From: Methanothermobacter thermautotrophicus str. Delta H
GTDB lineage: Archaea; Methanobacteriota; Methanobacteria; Methanobacteriales; Methanothermobacteraceae
Length of the DNA stretch: 32,000 nucleotides
Assembly: GCF_000008645.1 (NCBI RefSeq)
Contig: NC_000916.1
Location: 630,001 to 662,000 of the forward strand
Direction: 5' to 3'
Positions 31,747-32,000 of the stretch are shown piece after piece (position 1 is the stretch's first letter; every line of letters begins with the position of its first letter). The notes under the pieces were generated by a model, which had not been told where the DNA came from, searched no databases, and saw only the letters and a list, made by a program, of their open reading frames with translations. The translations under genes and the position numbers were made by a program.

Positions 31747-32000
31747 TCAACTACCCTTATGGGAATAGTATCCCCTGAGGACCCTCAGACCGCCGAACAT
31801 CTCCCTGAGGTCATTGTATTCATCGTATTCACTGCTAACCACTATCACATGTGCCGGGGGGTGTATCCTTCTGATGGCCATTATGCTTCTGGTGTCATCC
31901 TCCTCCACCTCAACGGCTGCCGCCACAGAGGACTTCATGCGGAGTTCCCCGAGTATGGATGATGCCATCCTGTCTGCAATATCATTCCTCAGAATCCTGG
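31747..32000 (-). CDS. Hypothetical protein, C-terminal part; the 5' end lies outside the window
   Basis: The frame stays open upstream of the track ATG (31968) to the window edge (RILRNDIADR precedes MASSILGELRM). Stop is TGA 31747-31749. I recognise no family. Confidence 0.5.
   Translation of the reverse strand, partial: RILRNDIADRMASSILGELRMKSSVAAAVEVEEDDTRSIMAIRRIHPPAHVIVVSSEYDEYNDLREMFGGLRVLRGYYSHKGS

Overview
The window looks like a chromosomal segment of a pseudomurein-walled methanogen, most likely Methanothermobacter. The calls rest on archaeal markers: GatE, split GMP synthase GuaAA/GuaAB, Cgi121, Trm-G10, PAN, aMBF1 and Nre, plus pseudomurein-binding repeats. Family names come from motif recognition from memory, since no searches could be run. 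Two GC-richer housekeeping blocks (1-5291 and 21546-32000) flank a visibly AT-richer accessory island of about 16 kb (5300-21540). The island is transcribed almost entirely on the minus strand and encodes giant, N-glycosylation-sequon-rich surface proteins. These are a 1787-codon CobN/Mg-chelatase-H-like ORF with CARDB repeats and a C-terminal TM anchor, a 1755-codon PKD/beta-helix/CARDB/pseudomurein-binding adhesin-like ORF, a 574-aa mini paralogue of that adhesin, and two signal-peptide-bearing leader ORFs (317 and 446 aa) that share a beta-rich domain. The main observation is that each leader ORF is in the same frame as the giant ORF downstream of it. Only a single stop codon in an interdomain linker separates them (TAG at 11135-11137, TAA at 17672-17674). 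Neither giant ORF has its own ATG, Shine-Dalgarno (SD) sequence or signal peptide, yet each stays open for more than 5 kb. This suggests either programmed or leaky stop-codon readthrough gating surface display, or two very recent parallel nonsense mutations. A second structural finding is a duplication junction at about 19482, where a 5' fragment of nre is fused to a 3' fragment of the 120-aa gene at 4929-5291. That arrangement is the signature of a tandem segmental duplication spanning the island. Other items are perfect intragenic repeats, a 48-bp intergenic tandem repeat and an untracked 48-codon hydrophobic micro-ORF. I found no CRISPR array, tRNA, rRNA, transposase or integrase.
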